Positions 1 to 18,659 of a DNA stretch of 64,000 bases are shown in pieces. How positions within the stretch are numbered: the stretch's first letter is position 1; the number at the start of each line of letters is the position of its first letter. Both the position numbers and the translations under genes were made by a program. Under the pieces are notes generated by a model. It searched no databases. It worked only from the letters and a program-made list of their open reading frames with translations, and was not told the origin of the DNA. The DNA is from Acidobacteriota bacterium. GTDB lineage: Bacteria > Acidobacteriota > Aminicenantia > UBA2199. The stretch spans positions 3,016 through 67,015 of the forward strand of contig JAUPLE010000150.1 in the NCBI GenBank assembly GCA_030837085.1, given 5' to 3'.

Positions 1-384
1 CCTCTTAACCGGTAACTGATACGGGCGCCCTGTTCCGACCTGGCTGATGCACTAGTATCGTAAAAAGCCCTCGGGCCCACCGACAAAACCAATCCCATAT
101 TCTCACCAAGACAAATATTAACCATTTCCTTTATATCATCGTCTGTCAGGCGGAATATACCGCGTGTCTCGGTAAACCGATTGGGTTTGAATGAATATTG
201 CTTAATGTACTTAAGCATGGTTCTCATAACATCCGGAGTCTGGGCGCTGGCGATCTCAATACCATACTGCCCTCCGGCAGAAAAACGCTTCCCGGAATCA
301 TCTATTTCATAACTATCCCCTCTGGGGAGACCAATCGATTCCAGGTAATCTCTCACATCTTTGCCAATTAATTCTTTATTCATA
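1..384 (-). CDS. 5'-partial hypothetical protein (start ATG at 382-384, runs off the window start); absent from the ORF track because no stop lies in the window
   Basis: Reverse complement of 1-384 reads MNKELIGKDVRDYLESIGLPRGDSYEIDDSGKRFSAGGQYGIEIASAQTPDV... with no stop; AAGGAGG Shine-Dalgarno lies 6-8 nt upstream of the ATG (revcomp of 388-396). No recognisable family motif. Confidence 0.4.
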
Positions 385-694
385 ATAACCTCCTTTTTTG
401 AACTCAAACCATGAGTCTCTATTTTTATTCATTTTTTTTATTTCTTTCCAAAATATTTTGATATTATCGACCCCAGAATACAGTGCATTTATTTGCTGGA
501 ATAAAAATTGGATACTTACGTTATTGTTCGTGATGCTTAGTTACATCATTAATAATTCCCTTGTCAGCCTAAATGCTGCATGATGGTTGCTGACCGCTGG
601 GTGTATAATAATCAATATTAATTTTTGTTCATTCATCTTTACTACTTATTTCGAACAGTATTTTTAGCAAAACATTCCACCACAAGAAAGGTGT

Positions 695-1666
695 TCACCT
701 GGAAGATGAAGCCGTCCCTTTCTCCTGGAATTTGAGAATGTGAAAGCCCTTTAGAACAAAATAGACGTACTGTCCAGCACAACATATGGTGTGGGTTTTG
801 GGCATTGTTTTGTAAACGCCTATCTGGTAAGGATTCTTTGGATCCTTAACATTAAAGGCCGTCATTTTACCGTCACAGTTCCCGAAAAGATAGTGATCTT
901 TGACACAAATCTCTTTAACTTCTTTAGACTCAAATAGAGTATGAATGAGTCGGGGAGATTCCCGGTCTGAAAGATTGAAAATCTTGATCCCAAACCCCAC
1001 CGAACCTAAATACAAATAATCCTGTTCAACCTGGATATCCCAAACCCCTCTGGTTTCGGGAATTGTTTTGATTTTTCGAGGGGAAACGGGATTAGTGACA
1101 TCAATAATTTCAAGCCCATTATCAACATCGGCAAGATATACGAAATTGTCGACAACATCAAGTCTTACGGTGTGTCCGCCCTCACCGAATTTCCCCACTT
1201 TAACAGGCTTTCGAGGATTACTGATATCCATTATCTCCAATCCGCTGTAATAGTTGGCTACATAAGCATAAGAACCCCTGACTTGAATTTCATTTGTCAT
1301 CCCACCATCGTAACAACTTCCAAGAATTTCCGGGCGTTTCGGATCAGTCACATCTACAATTACCAGCCCTTTACCACTAGCCGAGGCATAGGCAAGGTTG
1401 TCTCTAACGACAATATGAAATACGGGCTGCCCAATCCGAACTTCTCCTACCTTTTCCGGACGGTCCGGTTTTTGAACATCTACGATCATTATTTTATCGT
1501 TATCTGTCAGATAAGCATAATGGCCGTCAACATAAACAGCATAAAATAGACTGGATTTGAATTTACCGATTCGATAGAGTGGGTCATTCGTCTCGGAGCT
1601 GCATGAAAAAATGGTATATCCCAACAAAGCCAGTAAAATTACCAATATAGAAATATTTTTTATCAT
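695..1666 (-). CDS. LVIVD-repeat (beta-propeller) lipoprotein
   Basis: N-terminus MIKNISILVILLALLGYTIFSCSSE is a signal peptide plus lipobox (IFSC). Repeated motifs GLVIVDVTDPKRPE, GLEIMDISNPRKP, GLEIIDVTNPVSP, IKIFNLSDRESP recur with LVIVD-type periodicity. GGAGGA SD before the ATG at 1664-1666. Confidence 0.7.
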   Translation of the reverse strand: MIKNISILVILLALLGYTIFSCSSETNDPLYRIGKFKSSLFYAVYVDGHYAYLTDNDKIMIVDVQKPDRPEKVGEVRIGQPVFHIVVRDNLAYASASGKGLVIVDVTDPKRPEILGSCYDGGMTNEIQVRGSYAYVANYYSGLEIMDISNPRKPVKVGKFGEGGHTVRLDVVDNFVYLADVDNGLEIIDVTNPVSPRKIKTIPETRGVWDIQVEQDYLYLGSVGFGIKIFNLSDRESPRLIHTLFESKEVKEICVKDHYLFGNCDGKMTAFNVKDPKNPYQIGVYKTMPKTHTICCAGQYVYFVLKGFHILKFQEKGTASSSR

Positions 1667-1769
1667 TATCTATCCTCCATTTACTTAATGGTATTTATTA
1701 GTTTGATCTCACTGTATTTTAAAAAAATGTAAATACCAATAGTCGATGAAACCTCGTTTCTATTATATA

Positions 1770-1794
1770 TTGACATAATAGCTCCCTATGTCAA
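1770..1794. promoter_or_regulatory. 8-bp perfect inverted repeat ttgacata-N9-tatgtcaa in the intergenic region upstream of the lipoprotein gene; candidate operator overlapping a possible -35
   Basis: Read directly: ttgacataatagctccctatgtcaa. Each arm contains TTGACA. Confidence 0.3.
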
Positions 1795-1814
1795 CTCCAG
1801 GTAAAACATTTTGT

Positions 1815-4190
1815 TTATTCGAATTTCAGCACATCCACGGGATTGGTTTGCGCAGCTTTTACTGTTTGCGCAATAACGGTTAATACCGCAATGGTCAGCG
1901 CAACTAAACCTGCCATGACAAACATCCACCAACCAATACTGATCCTGTAAGCATAAATCCGCAGCAAGCGATTCATGCCAAACCAGGCAACAGGCCAGGC
2001 AAAAAGATTTGCCCACAATACCCAGCGGGCAAAGCGGCTAGTAAGCAGCATCGTAATCCTGGAAACAGACGCGCCCAGAAGTTTACGGATACCGATCTGC
2101 TTTGTTTGTTGCCGAACCATGAAAGAGGACAAACCGAAAAGTCCAAGGCAAGATACCAATATCGCAAGAAATGTAAAAACTTGTAAAACGGTGCCGATCT
2201 TTCTTTCCACATTATAGAAATTGCTGATGGACTCATCCAGGAATTGATATGCAAAGGGATATTCCTGGCCAACGAATTCTTTCCATTTATTTTTTAAAAA
2301 ATCAATCGTTCCAGAGACCTTTCCAGGCATGATCTTAACGCATATCTCCGAAGGGGAGTTCGCAATTTTTAATACCAACGGTGGTATGCGATTGTGAAGG
2401 GATCCCTGATGAAAATCCCTTACTACACCGATTATCACTCCCTTGTTCCCCCTAAAAGAGAGCCATTTTCCCACAGGCGACTGAAGCCCCATGACCACTG
2501 CTGCGGTTTCATTCACCACATAATTAGAGATATCAGTTGAGAGGTCCGCTGAAAAGAATCTTCCGCTGGACATCTTCATATCAAAAAATTTCATAAAATC
2601 ATAGTCGACATTAAAGGGATGCAATACTACTGTATCTTCGGTATTTTTCCCTTCCCATTGGACATTAATCTCGTCGGATGAAAAGTGTATTGGCGACCAT
2701 GACCCGGTCACGGCGAGGATATCGGGATTCCGCAGCAATTCATTCTTAACAAGTTCAAAGTTTGTCCTGAATTTTCCCTGGGCCGGATAATAGACCACAT
2801 TGTTATTATCGAATCCCAGGTCTTTACTGCTAATATAATTAAGCTGGCTGAATACAACTATGATGCTGATAATTAAAATGATTGCTATAGTGAATTGGAA
2901 TATCACCAGTATCCTTTGCAGGTAGGGTTTGCGGCGCATCTTCTTACCCACCATTCCCTTCAATACCTGCGCCGGTTGAAAAGATGAAAGGAAAAGTGCA
3001 GGATAACCGCCAGAAACGATGCCTGTGAAAACAATGATCCCAATGATGCCCAGGACGATGGAAATGTTTTCGGAAAGATCCAGGGTAAATGTGATCTCTT
3101 TCGCCGATAGTTGATTAAAGGCAGGAAGAAATAGGAAAACCAGGAAAATTGCAATCAAAAACGCAAAAAGCGCTAAAACAATCGATTCACCAAAAAACTG
3201 CTTAATTAAATCCTTTTTTGTGGCCCCAACCACCTTGCGCATGCCCACCTCTTTGGCACGGTTTCCAGAAAGTGCTATTGCCAGGTTTACCGAATTGATG
3301 CAGGCAACCAGTAAAATCCATAGAGCTAACAGCGAGAAAATATATATATATAAAATATTACCCTTTCGAACGTTATCTTCATCATCCCTGTAATTGGAAT
3401 AAAGATGGACCCGTTCCAGGGGCTGGAAAAACACTCTAATGTTTTTCTTTACGGGGAGATAGTCCTTAGCCAGATCAGTGATTTTTTTCGACAATGCATC
3501 GGGGAAACTGTTCTCGCGAAGTTGAACATAGGTTACGAATCGGAATTGGCCCCAATCTTTCAAATTCAAACTCCAGAATGATTCCATATTAATGATGGGA
3601 AATATGCAATCAAACTGCATATGGGAATTATAGGGTATATCTTTCATAACACCTGTCACCTTAAAATCCACACTTGCGATCTTAATTATTTTGCCGATGG
3701 GGTCTTCGCCATCGCTAAAATACTTTTTGGCCATTTTTTCCGTTAACACCACCGAGTACCGGTCTATTAAAGCAGTTTTAGGATCGCCTTTTAGAAGAGG
3801 AAATGAAAACACTTCAAAAAACGATTCATCAGCAGTACCCAATCGATCGTTTGTAAAAAATTTTTCACCATTTTGAACCAACCATCCGTCAAAACTCTGG
3901 AATCTAGGTGAATAAACCACTTCGGGAAACATTTCTTCCAGTACAGGGCCAAGGCCATTGGGTGTTTTGGCATAATCGAAAGAACCGTGCTCAGTGCTTA
4001 ACTGCCCAATAAGTCGATATATGTTTTTCCCATTTACATGGAATTTATCATAGTTTAATTCGTCCCGAACCCATAATAGGATTATAATACAGCAGGCAAT
4101 CCCTATGGCGAGGCCCAAAATATTGATTAATGAATAGATTTTGCGTCTCACTATGTTTCTAATTGCAACTTTTAAATAATTTCTAAGCAT
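1815..4190 (-). CDS. ABC transporter permease, FtsX/MacB-like with duplicated permease modules (about 790 aa). Start refined to the ATG at 4188-4190; the ORF-track start at 4265 is a TTG inside the promoter -35 box.
   Basis: MLRNYLKVAIRNIVRRKIYSLINILGLAIGIACCIIILLWV is a typical MacB_PCD/FtsX N-terminus. Two FtsX-like 4-TM regions sit near the middle and the C-terminus. AAGGAGGA SD (4197-4204) lies 6 nt upstream of ATG 4190. Confidence 0.75.
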   Translation of the reverse strand: MLRNYLKVAIRNIVRRKIYSLINILGLAIGIACCIIILLWVRDELNYDKFHVNGKNIYRLIGQLSTEHGSFDYAKTPNGLGPVLEEMFPEVVYSPRFQSFDGWLVQNGEKFFTNDRLGTADESFFEVFSFPLLKGDPKTALIDRYSVVLTEKMAKKYFSDGEDPIGKIIKIASVDFKVTGVMKDIPYNSHMQFDCIFPIINMESFWSLNLKDWGQFRFVTYVQLRENSFPDALSKKITDLAKDYLPVKKNIRVFFQPLERVHLYSNYRDDEDNVRKGNILYIYIFSLLALWILLVACINSVNLAIALSGNRAKEVGMRKVVGATKKDLIKQFFGESIVLALFAFLIAIFLVFLFLPAFNQLSAKEITFTLDLSENISIVLGIIGIIVFTGIVSGGYPALFLSSFQPAQVLKGMVGKKMRRKPYLQRILVIFQFTIAIILIISIIVVFSQLNYISSKDLGFDNNNVVYYPAQGKFRTNFELVKNELLRNPDILAVTGSWSPIHFSSDEINVQWEGKNTEDTVVLHPFNVDYDFMKFFDMKMSSGRFFSADLSTDISNYVVNETAAVVMGLQSPVGKWLSFRGNKGVIIGVVRDFHQGSLHNRIPPLVLKIANSPSEICVKIMPGKVSGTIDFLKNKWKEFVGQEYPFAYQFLDESISNFYNVERKIGTVLQVFTFLAILVSCLGLFGLSSFMVRQQTKQIGIRKLLGASVSRITMLLTSRFARWVLWANLFAWPVAWFGMNRLLRIYAYRISIGWWMFVMAGLVALTIAVLTVIAQTVKAAQTNPVDVLKFE

Positions 4191-4196
4191 GTAAAT

Positions 4197-4204
4197 CCTC
4201 CTTT
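4197..4204 (-). promoter_or_regulatory. Shine-Dalgarno AAGGAGGA for the permease gene
   Basis: Revcomp of tcctcctt at 4197-4204; 6-nt spacer to the ATG. Confidence 0.6.
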
Positions 4205-4236
4205 TTTGTTTTTTTCGACTCTTCTGATAAAGGTAG

Positions 4237-4265
4237 AGTATACCTGATTTAATAAATATTGTCAA
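4237..4265 (-). promoter_or_regulatory. Near-consensus sigma70-type promoter for the transporter gene: -35 TTGACA (4260-4265), 17-nt spacer, -10 TATACT (4237-4242)
   Basis: Minus strand reads ...aaTTGACAatatttattaaatcaggTATACTct..., about 45 nt upstream of the ATG at 4190 and downstream of the NRPS stop at 4337. Confidence 0.5.
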
Positions 4266-4336
4266 ATTCTTCTTTGAAATCCTCCATCCCAGGAATTTTG
4301 AAACTTTCTAACGGCTCCAATTCACGATCCTAATGA

Positions 4337-7300
4337 TCAAGAGCATTCTTCATTCTCCCGGTCATCCAAAATTTTCCTGATTATCCTAGCATTCTTTTCC
4401 ACCGCACCAGGGTCCAGCATTGCCTGGTGTCTTCCATATCCCCTGTGGACTCGATAATCCCGGTTAGTTATTTTTCGCCAGCAATTGATATCCCGTCCTG
4501 GATTCCAATTATCAGTATCTTCTCCGGAAGTGATCAAATGCACATTGGCATTAATCACCTCCAATTTCTCTAACCCCAGGTAATATTCCAAATATTTTCC
4601 CGATTTTTTCAATATTCTTTCCCTTAGAAAAGCAGCACCTACTTTTTCAAGATATTCATCGATCTCTTTAGATAAAAGCGCCTTGTACCTATCCTTGTCG
4701 AATCCTTTATAATAGGTTTTCCTGTCTTCCACATAATAACAATCGGCAAATATCACAGTCGATACTTCATAACCGCGGTCTTCAAGGGCTTTCGTTACTT
4801 CAAAGCATAGCAACCCCGCAATTGAATGACCAAACATAATATAAGGGCTGTCCGGTTGAATATCTGTGATCAAATCAACATACCGGTCTATGCGATCATC
4901 AGTTTCTATAAAACTTAACGCATAAAACGAGTAATCATTAAAAAAAGATGCCAGGCCGGTATAATAGACTCCATAGCCGATTTGAGGGGGAAAGCAGAAA
5001 ATATTATTCTTTGCCGCCCGGTTCAGTAATGCCACCGGCTTCTCTATAAAATTCTTTGCTCTTATAGAATCCGAGACCCCCATTATAGTGGGATTGTTAA
5101 ATAATTGATTGATTGGTATCTCGATTCCCAATTCTCTATGGATTTTAGAGTTCAATATCATCAATTTCAAGGAATTCCCCCCTATTTCAAAGAAATTACT
5201 ATTAATACTTAGTTTTTTTTCTTGTTTTCCCAGGACTTCAATGCATAATTGGGTTGTTCTTTCCTCGATCTCATCACGCGGTGCCAAATACTGGTGAGCA
5301 GGTTCCGATAATTTGGGATCCGGTAAGGATTTCCGGTCAACTTTCCCACTGGGGGTCAGTGGTATTCTATCGATTGATACAAAATGGTGTGGAACCATGT
5401 AAATCGGCAATCTGCCGGTTAAGTAAGCACTTAATGCAGATTTCTCTATTGCGGTATCAGAAACGATATAGGCACACAAAAAGGCATTGCTGTCTTCTCC
5501 TTTTTTCAAAACGACGGCTTCTTTTATGTTTTCATATGTTAAAAGCTGATTTTCTATTTCTTGCAATTCGATCCTGAATCCCCGAATTTTAACCTGGTGA
5601 TCTGTTCGTCCCAGGAATTCGATATTTCCATCTGTCAACCATCTGGCTAAATCGCCGGTTTTGTAGAGACGCGACAGGTGACGGGTAAGGGGCGATGAAA
5701 TGAATTTCTCTGCGGTTAATTCCGGTCGATTTAAATATCCCCGGGCCACCCCTCGTCCGGCAATACACAATTCTCCAGGTATTCCTAACGGCTGTACACG
5801 ATTATATTTATCAAGTATAAAAAGATTCAAATTCCGAATCGGTTTTCCAATTGGAATACTTCCTGTCCAATCCCATCCGGATATTGAATATTTACTTGAA
5901 TATACTGTTGCTTCCGTTGGGCCGTATAGATTCTCCAATTCGGCACCTATACTAAAGCCCCTGAGTTTTTCGAGATACCCCGGCAGCAGAACTTCTCCTG
6001 CGAGAAAAACATATCTCAGGCTTGCCAGTTGCTTCCTATTCTCTTTGGTTAAATGCTCTAAAAACGCATTAAACATGGAAGGCACAAAGTTGATGTAGTT
6101 GATAAAATTTCGCTCAATCGAGTTCAATATCACCCGGGGATCCTTTTCACCGCCCTTTTCCAATATTACCACTTTTCCTCCCCCCAAATACCATCCGAAT
6201 AATTCTGTTACCGATACATCGAAGATATAAGAGGTTTTTAACAAATAGGTATCCGACACCCCTAACGGATATTCTTTTTGCAGCGAAAATAATAAGTTTA
6301 CTACGGAAGTATGCTCAATCATCGCCCCCTTCGGCCTTCCCGTAGAACCAGAAGTGTAGATGAGGTAAGCAAGGTGACTTGAATGATTGATGAATGATGA
6401 ATGATGAAAAGGCTCCCCAGGCTCAGTCATTAACAATTCACAATTAACAATTGACAATTGACAATTAGCCATTTTTTTCTTTTCATAATCAGTTAATAAA
6501 ATCTTTGCGCCACTGTCTTTCAACATATAATCGATTCTTTCCTGGGGATATTCGGGATCAATGGGCAAATAGGCGCCTCCAAATTTTAATATTCCAATTA
6601 TACCTGTTATCATTTCAGTGGAAGGTTTCATCATAATTCCAACAAAAGGGGGGGTCTCGGAGTTCCTCCCATTGTGTTGTAACACCTGGGCCAATAGGTT
6701 TGACTTTTTATTTAATTCTCTGTAAGTTATATGTAGGAACGATTCATGATTCGCGATTAGGGATGGACCTGCAACGGCAATATTGTCCGGGATTTTAGCC
6801 ACCTGTTCTTCGAATAATTGGTGAATTGTCTTTTCTTTGGGGTACGTCATTTCGGAATCGTTAAAATCATACAATATCCGGTTTTTTTCTTCTTCTGTTA
6901 TGATTTCTATTTGTGCTATTTTCTTATCTTTGTTTTCAATGATCGAAGATACTATTATTTTGAAAAATTCAATAAATTTTAAGATGGTTTCTTCTTTAAA
7001 CAGTTTCGTGCAATATTCGAGTGCAAAAAATAAGTAATTTTTACTTCCCACTCCATTCCAGGTTATATCAAATCGAGACAAGGGTTTCGTATAATTAGAG
7101 GCGCCGGCGCCGGTCCGGTGTGTTTCATTTTCTGCGGAGCTTGCCCTGGTATTTACATTCGAATCGATATCCTGCCAGGCAAACATCACATCAAACAGCG
7201 GATTGCGAGCGACATCTCTTCTTACGCTCAATTTTTCTACCAGGTCTTCAAATTGGTAATCCTGGTTTTCAAAGGCTTCCAGGCTCCGTTGGTTTACTTC

Positions 7301-8415
7301 TTGTAAAAAAGCCTTGAATGTTTTTTCACGGGAAGGATAATTTCTAAGGGCCAGGGTGTTGACAAACATACCGATTATACCTTCTAAATCGGCATGCCTC
7401 CGACCGGCTGTCGGAGTTCCTATAATAATATCATCCTGACCGCTGAGCTTGGTCATCAAAATATATAAAAGGGAAAGCAGCATTGTATATAGTGTGACGC
7501 CATTTTCAACAGCCATATTCATTAACGCCTGCGACTTTTCGGCGGGAATCTTGAAAAAGCGCCTACTACCCTCAAGGCTCTGAATATGGGGCCTGGGAAA
7601 ATCTGTAGGCAGTTCAAGCACCGGTATCTCCCCGGCTAGTTCCTTTAACCAATAGCCTTCCTGTTTCTTCCTTGCTTCTCTTTGCTCCTCACTGTTCTGC
7701 CATTCGGCGTAATCCTTATACTGGATTCTTAGCTTGGGTAACCCGTGATTATAACCTTGAGCATAACTATACATATAGGTAAATTCCCTTACCAGTATAT
7801 TGATAGAAGTGCCGTCGCAAATGATGTGATGCATATCTATCCCCAATATTAGTTCTCCGATCCCCGTTTCTATAATCCCGACTCTCAGCAGCGGCGTCTG
7901 CGACAGATCAAAAGGCCGGACGAAATCATCGACTTTATTATAGTATTCGATCTTAAAATCTACCTCCCGGTGGATTTTTTGGACCGGTTTATCTGCTGCA
8001 ATATAAAAAGATGTTCTTAAGGATTCATGCCTTTCGATCAATCGTTTAAAAGTGCTCTCTAATCTATTCACATCGATTCCCGTATCTGCTTCCTTATTGA
8101 GGTTTTTACCTAGTTTTTTAAATTCGGTAATATTGTAAACCGTACTGTTTAAATTCATTTGCTGGAGAAAATACATTCTCATCTGGGCTGAGGATAATTC
8201 ATAATAGTCCTTTTCAATTGCGGGGGGGATGGAGACATATTTTTGTTTTTGGACGTTCTTTTGGAAAAATTCGATAATTCCCTGTTTTTTTTCTTTTAAT
8301 TCACTTATTAGAGAGGGGGTTAGTTTTCCTTCGGGGGCCTGTACCTTTAATTTATCATCTACCACATCGATTTGAATATGCAACTCGTCCAGTTTTGTTA
8401 AAAATTGGGATATAC

Positions 8416-8419
<4 letters not shown>
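4337..8419 (-). CDS. NRPS termination module: TubC-like N-terminal docking domain - C - A - T - TE
   Basis: Docking-domain motif LKVQAPEGKLTPSLISELKEKKQGIIEFF. C motifs SSAQMRMYFLQQ, RHESLRTSF, HHIICDGTS, QYKDYAEWQ, IGMFVNTLALR. A motifs LAYLIYTSGSTGRPKG, YRTGDLARW, GRTDHQVKIRGFRIEL. T motif FFEIGGNSLK. TE motif FGHSIAGLL. ATGA start/stop overlap with the upstream gene at 8416-8419. Confidence 0.9.
4340..5077 (-). other. Thioesterase (type I TE) domain, active-site GHSIAG, Ser codon near 4823-4825
   Basis: GxSxG nucleophile elbow in an alpha/beta-hydrolase context at the extreme C-terminus of an NRPS. Confidence 0.8.
6431..6465. repeat. Tandem heptamer array (aacaatt cacaatt aacaatt gacaatt gacaatt) in an A-domain loop; adjacent gaatgat repeats at 6380-6404
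   Basis: Read directly; encodes ...MANCQLSIVNCELL... and FHHSSFINHSSHL in the a2-a3 loop of the terminal module A domain. Confidence 0.8.
8264..8419 (-). other. TubC-type N-terminal NRPS docking domain (about aa 3-52 of the terminal module)
   Basis: Matches the TubCdd pattern L..L...G..L..E...L.xxAPxGxLTPELxxxLxxHKxELL: here LDELHIQIDVVDDKLKVQAPEGKLTPSLISELKEKKQGII. Confidence 0.6.
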
Positions 8420-17454
<9,035 letters not shown>

Positions 17455-17487
17455 AACATTAATCTCCTTTGAATAATTTACTCAATT

Positions 17488-18429
17488 TTAAAATTCCCAG
17501 GCTCCATCATCCTCAAGTATACTTTTTGTCGGGAATTTTCTTTTCACACGTATATTTTCGTCGATATATTTTCCAATGTCTTTAAACTCAACCAAAGGCG
17601 GGACTGCATTTTTATGGAGTTTCATCCAACGCTCATCCGCTTTGACAATATCCTGCAATGAATACGGATTGGGGAGATTTAGTTTCTTAATATGTTCGGT
17701 AAATCTCGCCATCCTGCGATACCTTTCTTCTCTTGTGGGTTCGCAATCCAGGTCTCTTTTTTGAAGGAGCAGCAAATGTCTTGCTTTCTCGGGAAAAACA
17801 AGATAGCTTTTTCCCACCCACTCAGCGGAACTTACCTGCCCACCCGAATAATACCAATATGGATTTGTTTCAGCCTGGTAAATGTAATTCTTTAGTTCTG
17901 TAACAATATCAAAAGAATAAACCTTTTGATGTCCCGGGAGTTCGCCCCGTAAAAGCTTTAGAAACAGTATTTCACCTTCGCCGATTATGAATTTGTCGAT
18001 ATACGGTGTCCTTTCAATAAAAAATTCCAGGACCACCGAATCGATAGCAAGTTGGTCGTCAAAAACGCCCCCACCCATTACTGTCTTGATATGGGGATAT
18101 TTCTCCCTGGTGAGGTTAAAGACAAATAAAGACGCGGGGAGCGATCCCTTGAGTACAGAGAGGCACAATAACGCCGGTTTTTCTTCAGACAATATTTGAA
18201 GGATAAACATCCCCAGCCTGAAATAAAACTTATCTAGAATAAGCACTAGTTCCCGTGCCCGGGAATCATCGATATCTAAATAGAATGCCTGATAAAATAG
18301 TATTTTTACCAACTCGAGGTACTCTCCTTCATCTCTATAATGGATATGGGCCATCATATGATTGATTAAGACATCTTTTCCGATGTTATAAAAATTGCTT
18401 CTTTTATTTTGGGGGAAATATCTCTTCAT
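17488..18429 (-). CDS. Stand-alone cobalamin (B12)-binding-domain-like protein with no radical-SAM cysteine motif. A longer form (start 18631-18633) is interrupted by an in-frame TAG at 18580-18582.
   Basis: TVMGGGVFDDQLAIDSVVLEFFIERTPYIDKFIIGEGEILFLKLL matches the class-B rSAM B12-binding segment (GG....D.VV.GEGE). No CxxxCxxC anywhere. The in-frame upstream sequence encodes the canonical start of this domain (see finding). Confidence 0.55.
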   Translation of the reverse strand: MKRYFPQNKRSNFYNIGKDVLINHMMAHIHYRDEGEYLELVKILFYQAFYLDIDDSRARELVLILDKFYFRLGMFILQILSEEKPALLCLSVLKGSLPASLFVFNLTREKYPHIKTVMGGGVFDDQLAIDSVVLEFFIERTPYIDKFIIGEGEILFLKLLRGELPGHQKVYSFDIVTELKNYIYQAETNPYWYYSGGQVSSAEWVGKSYLVFPEKARHLLLLQKRDLDCEPTREERYRRMARFTEHIKKLNLPNPYSLQDIVKADERWMKLHKNAVPPLVEFKDIGKYIDENIRVKRKFPTKSILEDDGAWEF

Positions 18430-18644
18430 GGTCTCAAAATATTCATCATATATTTCTTTGAACTCCTTTTCAACCTTTAAATCGAAGGTTTTGACATTAT
18501 AGCCATGCTGAGCTAAGTAACTTTTGATGCAAGTTATTCCCAGGGTAGGGTTCAGTGGGATACAAAAAGGAAGTAATCCCTATAATATTTTCCCTTCCCA
18601 AATAACGTTATAGTTAGAATTTTTCTTTTTCATTTTTGCTTACA

Positions 18645-18650
18645 CTCCTT
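18645..18650 (-). promoter_or_regulatory. Shine-Dalgarno AAGGAG serving the upstream ATG (18631-18633) of the B12-binding gene
   Basis: Revcomp of 18631-18660 is aacttaaaatAAGGAGtgtaagcaaaaATG, placed 10 nt after the stop of the preceding NRPS gene. Confidence 0.5.
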
Positions 18651-18659
18651 ATTTTAAGT

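Noticed and set aside
398-583. Plus-strand 61-aa ORF in the AT-rich intergenic region
   Set aside because: It has extremely low-complexity hydrophobic sequence with no SD or start context, and it lies in the promoter/terminator space between two minus-strand genes.
540-600. Possible rho-independent terminator downstream of the lipoprotein gene (gtcagc...gctgac)
   Set aside because: The stem is only 6 bp with a 20-nt loop and has no following T-run on the minus strand, so it is too weak to call.
1786-2272. Short minus-strand ORFs 1786..2016 and 1973..2272 overlapping the permease gene
   Set aside because: They are alternate frames within a well-supported transporter CDS, with no independent start signals.
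4191-4265. The 25-aa N-terminal extension (MTIFIKSGILYLYQKSRKKQKRRIY) of the permease ORF
   Set aside because: It starts at a TTG inside a consensus -35 box, and the strong SD plus ATG at 4190 gives the canonical FtsX-family N-terminus. It is treated as 5' UTR.
18580-18582. Programmed TAG recoding (pyrrolysine-type) in the B12-binding gene
   Set aside because: A single in-frame TAG is present. No Pyl machinery or other TAG-containing genes are visible in the window. Although no gene here terminates with TAG, a nonsense mutation or sequencing error is the simpler explanation, so it is reported only as a point to verify.
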